This document shows positions 60,303 through 64,000 of a stretch of 64,000 nucleotides of DNA, one piece after another. Every line of letters starts with the position of its first letter. Within the stretch, counting starts at the first letter, position 1. Both the position numbers and the translations under genes were made by a program. Origin of the DNA: Myxococcota bacterium (GTDB lineage: Bacteria; Myxococcota_A; UBA9160; UBA4427); contig JAYZFK010000093.1 in assembly GCA_036336835.1 (NCBI GenBank), forward strand, positions 20,098 to 84,097, written 5' to 3'. A model generated the notes under the pieces. The model did not search any database. It had not been told where the DNA came from and was given only the letters and a program-made list of their open reading frames with translations.

Positions 60303-62447
60303 TCAGAGCTCGCTGGCGACCCGGAAGGCATCGTGGATCGCTCCTTCCAGGTAGCCGATGCCGGTGCAGTCCCCGATCGCCTCGACGCTTGGGGCCAGGC
60401 CCTCGAAGGGCCGGATGGCTTCGGGATTGGCTGCGAGGCCGGTGGCGATGATCACGCTGTCGGCGGCGGCCGCGTGCCGAATCGGCGCCTCTCCTTCGCT
60501 GGTCGGCGGGAGCTCATAGTGGACCGCGTCGTCGGTGATCTCGCGGAAGATTGCGTTCGTGATCAGCTCGACGCCGGATTCGCGCAGCTCGTACAGCACG
60601 CGCCAGCGGCGCGGATGAGCCATCGCCGTCGCGAGATGCGCGGTCTCCTCGAGCACGGTGACCTCGCGGCCGCGCGCGTGCAGGAACTCCGCGAGCTCGC
60701 AGCCGACGAGGCCTCCACCGAGGACGACGACGCGCCGGCCGATCGGCATATAGGCCCTCGACGCCTGGCGCAGCCTGCCGGGATCGCTCGTCACGCCGAC
60801 CGCGCGTCCGGCGCGCACGGCGAGTCGCCCCACCAGCGAGAGCTTGCGCACGGCCTCGGGCGCGCCCTCCCCGGTGAGCAGCGCCCGCAGAACCGCGCGG
60901 TCGACGACGTGGGGGCGGTCGATGCCCGCGATGGCCGTGTTGTGTCGGCTCGAGCCGACGGCGACTAGCACGACGTCGGGTGACAGGGCGCGCACCAGCT
61001 CGGGCGTGGCCGCGGTCTCGAGTCGCACGGTCGCAGCGGAGCGCTCGACCTGGCGCACCATCCAGCGCAGCAGTTGTTCGTTGGGCTCGTAGACGAGCGA
61101 AGCAAAGCGCAGCGTTCCGCCGAGCCGCGCGCTCTGCTCGCACAGCGTGACGTCGTGGCCGCGTGCCGCGGCCACGCGAGCGGCCTCCATGCCGGCCGGG
61201 CCACCGCCGACGATCAGCACGCGCTTGCTCTGCGCCGCGCGTTCGACCTCGACGTCGGCCAGCTTGGCCTCGTTCGCCGTCACCGGATTGACCGCGCAGC
61301 GAACGCGCTTGTCGAAGAAGGCCTGCGCCACGCACGTGTAGCAGTAGACACAGGGACGCACGTCGGCCGCGCGGTCCTCGGCGAGCTTTCGGGCGATGTG
61401 CGGGTCGGCGAGCATCTTGCGTGCCATCGCGATCACGTCCGCCTTGCCCTCGCGAACGAGTCGATCGCCGAGCTCGGGCTCGATGCGGCCGACCGCGATC
61501 ACCGGGACGTCGAGCTCGCGCTTGAGCTCACTCGTCATCTCGACATAGCCCGCCTCCTGGTGGACGAGCGGGGCCTCGGTGAAGCCGGGCGCAGACGTCG
61601 CATCGGCGTACGCCGACAGGTGGATTGCATCGGCGCCCGCGTCCTGCGCGAGCTTTGCTGCCAGCTTGGCGTCCTCGAACACGATGCCGTTCGGCGTGCG
61701 AAATTCCTTCGCATCGATTCGGCACCAGATGGTGAAGTCGTCGCCGGCGCGCTGTTTGCAGGCTCGGATCACATCGCATAGCAAGCGGGCGCGGTTCTCG
61801 ATCGGCCCCCCGTACTCGTCATCGCGACGGTTCCACTGCGGCGACAGGAACTCGGACAGGATGTAACCGTGAGCCGCGTGCAGCTCGACGCCGTCGAACC
61901 CGGCGCGCCGCGCGCGCTCGGTTGCGTCGGCGAACGAATCGATCAGCGCGTCGATGTCCTGCTTCGTCGCCGCGCGGTACTTCGGGCGCAGCCCGCCAGT
62001 GGCGCCGACCATCATGCCGATTTCGTCGCCCGTGAGATCGTTGCCCATCGTCATCTCGCCGTGCCAGTCGGGTATCGAGGGCATCAACACCTCGCGCCCC
62101 TGCTTCACGTCGAGCCGCGAGACCTTCCCGTGGTGGACGAGCTGGGCGGCCATCCGCGTGCCGTATTGCTGCACGCGCGAGGTCATCTCCCGCAGTCCCG
62201 GCAGGTACTCGTCGCGCGATAGCGCGAGCTGGTGATCGGAGTTGGCGCCCTGTGGATAGGCGACCGCACACACCTCCGTGATGATCAGCCCGGCGCCGCC
62301 CTTCGCCCGCTCCTCGTAGTACGCGATCACCGGCTCGCGCGCGTGCCCGTCGCTGTCGACGATCTCGACACCCATCGCGGCCATCGCAATGCGATTGGGT
62401 AGCCGGGTCGAGCCGATTCGAACCGGGGAGAGCAGGTGATCGAGCAC
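60303..62447 (-). CDS. NADH:flavin oxidoreductase (OYE / 2,4-dienoyl-CoA reductase-like) with 4Fe-4S and FAD domains
   Basis: NRIAMAAM, ELHAAHGYILSEFLSP, YGGPIENRAR, CVYCYTC...CAVN, GGGPAG, GGGLVG. Confidence 0.9.
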   Translation of the reverse strand: MLDHLLSPVRIGSTRLPNRIAMAAMGVEIVDSDGHAREPVIAYYEERAKGGAGLIITEVCAVAYPQGANSDHQLALSRDEYLPGLREMTSRVQQYGTRMAAQLVHHGKVSRLDVKQGREVLMPSIPDWHGEMTMGNDLTGDEIGMMVGATGGLRPKYRAATKQDIDALIDSFADATERARRAGFDGVELHAAHGYILSEFLSPQWNRRDDEYGGPIENRARLLCDVIRACKQRAGDDFTIWCRIDAKEFRTPNGIVFEDAKLAAKLAQDAGADAIHLSAYADATSAPGFTEAPLVHQEAGYVEMTSELKRELDVPVIAVGRIEPELGDRLVREGKADVIAMARKMLADPHIARKLAEDRAADVRPCVYCYTCVAQAFFDKRVRCAVNPVTANEAKLADVEVERAAQSKRVLIVGGGPAGMEAARVAAARGHDVTLCEQSARLGGTLRFASLVYEPNEQLLRWMVRQVERSAATVRLETAATPELVRALSPDVVLVAVGSSRHNTAIAGIDRPHVVDRAVLRALLTGEGAPEAVRKLSLVGRLAVRAGRAVGVTSDPGRLRQASRAYMPIGRRVVVLGGGLVGCELAEFLHARGREVTVLEETAHLATAMAHPRRWRVLYELRESGVELITNAIFREITDDAVHYELPPTSEGEAPIRHAAAADSVIIATGLAANPEAIRPFEGLAPSVEAIGDCTGIGYLEGAIHDAFRVASEL

Positions 62448-62581
62448 GGCGCGGTCCTCCTGGTCGCCAGGGTATCAGGAGCAGCCGCCGCGAGGCCGCC
62501 GAGCTGCGCGCCGGGTGTCGATTCGAGCACGAGGGCCCCTGCTTGCTCGACGAGTAGGAGCGCTACGTTCTTGCCCGACCC

Positions 62582-62671
62582 GGAGAGGTGGCCGAGCGGT
62601 TGAAGGCAGCGGTCTTGAAAACCGCCAGGGGCTAGCGTCCCTCGTGGGTTCGAATCCCACCCTCTCCGCCA
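62582..62671 (+). tRNA. tRNA-Ser(TGA)
   Basis: GGAGAGG acceptor stem, anticodon arm GCGGT-CTTGAAA-ACCGC, long variable arm, GGTTCGAATCC, encoded CCA. Confidence 0.97.
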
Positions 62672-62704
62672 GCCCGCTCATTTGATACCCTCCTCTGCCC
62701 TCGC

Positions 62705-62795
62705 GGAGAGGTGGCCGAGCGGCTGAAGGCGCTCCCCTGCTAAGGGAGTAAAGGCTTATCCCCTTTCGAGGGTTCGAATCCCTCCCTCTCCGCCA
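62705..62795 (+). tRNA. tRNA-Ser(GCT)
   Basis: Anticodon arm CTCCC-CTGCTAA-GGGAG, long variable arm, T-loop, CCA. Confidence 0.97.
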
Positions 62796-62853
62796 GCTTT
62801 GACGCACGTATTGGCGGGGTGTGCCGCCCCGGTGCGAGGGGTCACGATTTCGC

Positions 62854-62943
62854 GGAGAGATGGCCGAGTGGCTTAAGGCGCACGCTTGGAAAGCGTGTGT
62901 ACGGTAAAACGTGCCGTGGGTTCGAATCCCACTCTCTCCGCCA
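62854..62943 (+). tRNA. tRNA-Ser(GGA)
   Basis: Anticodon arm CACGC-TTGGAAA-GCGTG, long variable arm, T-loop, CCA. Confidence 0.97.
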
Positions 62944-63044
62944 TTCCGTCTGCTCTTGCAGAGACTTCCGGCCCGTTTTCGGCGACGAAGCCGGCAATTC
63001 CCGCGACCAAGCCGGTAGCATGTCGCGGACCTACGAGAGGAACC

Positions 63045-63452
63045 ATGCGCCACCGAGCCATCGCCACCCTGAGCCTCTGCGTTCTCGCCGCGGCACACAC
63101 CGGCTGCATGACGGCATTCGCCGCCTTCCAGCCCGAGAATCTCGGGGGACCCACGATCGTTCTCTCCACCACGAGTGCGGACGGGACGCCCCACGAGCGG
63201 GTGTTGTCGCCCATCGACGACGACGGCCAGCTCTTTGTCGCCGCGAACCACTGGCCGCGCGCGTGGTATCACCGCGCGCTCGAGAATCCGAATGTCCGCG
63301 TGACTCGCGATGGCGAAACCAGTGACTACCACGCCGTACCCGTCAGCGAACAGGAACGCGAACGCCTCCTCGACGAGTCCGGGTTCCCGCTCGCCGCATA
63401 CGTCTTCACCGGATTCGCACCGAGGCAGTTCCTACGGTTGGATCCGCACTAG
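63045..63452 (+). CDS. Small exported split-barrel flavin/deazaflavin-binding (nitroreductase-like) protein
   Basis: GAGAGGA RBS; signal peptide ending in GC; VLSTT..DG, WYHRALENPNVRV, FLRLDP. Confidence 0.6.
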   Translation: MRHRAIATLSLCVLAAAHTGCMTAFAAFQPENLGGPTIVLSTTSADGTPHERVLSPIDDDGQLFVAANHWPRAWYHRALENPNVRVTRDGETSDYHAVPVSEQERERLLDESGFPLAAYVFTGFAPRQFLRLDPH

Positions 63453-63577
63453 GCTTTTGCGAGGGGCCGGGCGATTCCGAACGGGAGACTGGTGTCGAGA
63501 TTGCCGGGAGGCCAGGCGCCGAAAGTACACAGCTCGGTGCGCGATCTGCGACTGGAACGACACATCAAGGGATGGAG

Positions 63578-64000
63578 ATGAAGGACTCCGAGGACGATCC
63601 CCAGGGACTCGAGCTGGACGCGGTCCGGAAGAAGTACCTGCGGGAGCGCGACAAGCGGCTCGTCGAGGGTAGAGCGGCCATCCGCGATCTCCGCGCGGAT
63701 CGTCATTTCGCTGACTACCGGCGCGATCCATTCACCGAGTACGAAGAGCGCGATGCCGTGTCCGACGATGTCGATGTGGCAATCATCGGCGGTGGCATGG
63801 CGGGGGTCGTAGCTGGGGCGCAGCTCCGCAAGGCCGGTGTTCGCCGGATCAGAATCATCGATGAGGCCGGAGGGATCGGCGGGACCTGGTACTGGAATCG
63901 ATACCCGGGTGTCATGTGCGACGTCGAGTCCTATACCTACCTGCCGATGCTCGAGGATCGCGACTACATCCCGAGAAACCGCTACGCCTTCGGAGACGAG
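63578..64000 (+). CDS. Baeyer-Villiger-type flavin monooxygenase (N-terminal part, runs off the window)
   Basis: KYLRERDKR, IIGGGMAG, GGTWYWNRYPGVMCDVESYTYLPML. Start is ATG 63578 or 63572. Confidence 0.9.
   Translation, partial: MKDSEDDPQGLELDAVRKKYLRERDKRLVEGRAAIRDLRADRHFADYRRDPFTEYEERDAVSDDVDVAIIGGGMAGVVAGAQLRKAGVRRIRIIDEAGGIGGTWYWNRYPGVMCDVESYTYLPMLEDRDYIPRNRYAFGDE

Noticed and set aside
62475..63332. ORFs spanning the tRNA cluster on both strands
   Set aside because: They are translations of tRNA genes, not proteins.

Overview
High-GC bacterial chromosomal window; gene content and PEP-CTERM/TPR genes suggest a Myxococcota/deltaproteobacterium-like organism (inference). I found no CRISPR array, prophage or IS element. 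Two housekeeping flanks bracket a central island. The left flank has mutS2, murQ, an acyl-CoA dehydrogenase, a phasin-like gene, fabH, hflX, glmU, glmS, a P450 and uvrD/pcrA. The right flank has ddl, larE, a DEAD-box helicase, gatCAB, an AsmA-like gene, mtnA, ilvE, hspQ, a flavin oxidoreductase, three tRNA-Ser genes and a partial BVMO. The central ~28 kb (about 18.8-46.9 kb) looks like a surface-glycoprotein glycosylation island. It contains one PEP-CTERM protein with a sigma54-type promoter and two PrsT-like TPR proteins. It also has an archaeal AglB-like STT3 oligosaccharyltransferase whose WWDYG motif is replaced by HANLG, a TMTC-like transferase and three more GT-C-type membrane proteins. 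A split transketolase, an epimerase::GT2 fusion and a methyltransferase form a sugar-donor module, next to an O-acyltransferase. Four sulfatase-like genes (one a pseudogene) carry Thr instead of the formylglycine Cys/Ser. Other notable signals are a probable ATC start codon for hflX, a triple palindromic operator at the phasin-like promoter, and two gene remnants. All family calls come from motif recognition by eye; no database searches were run.
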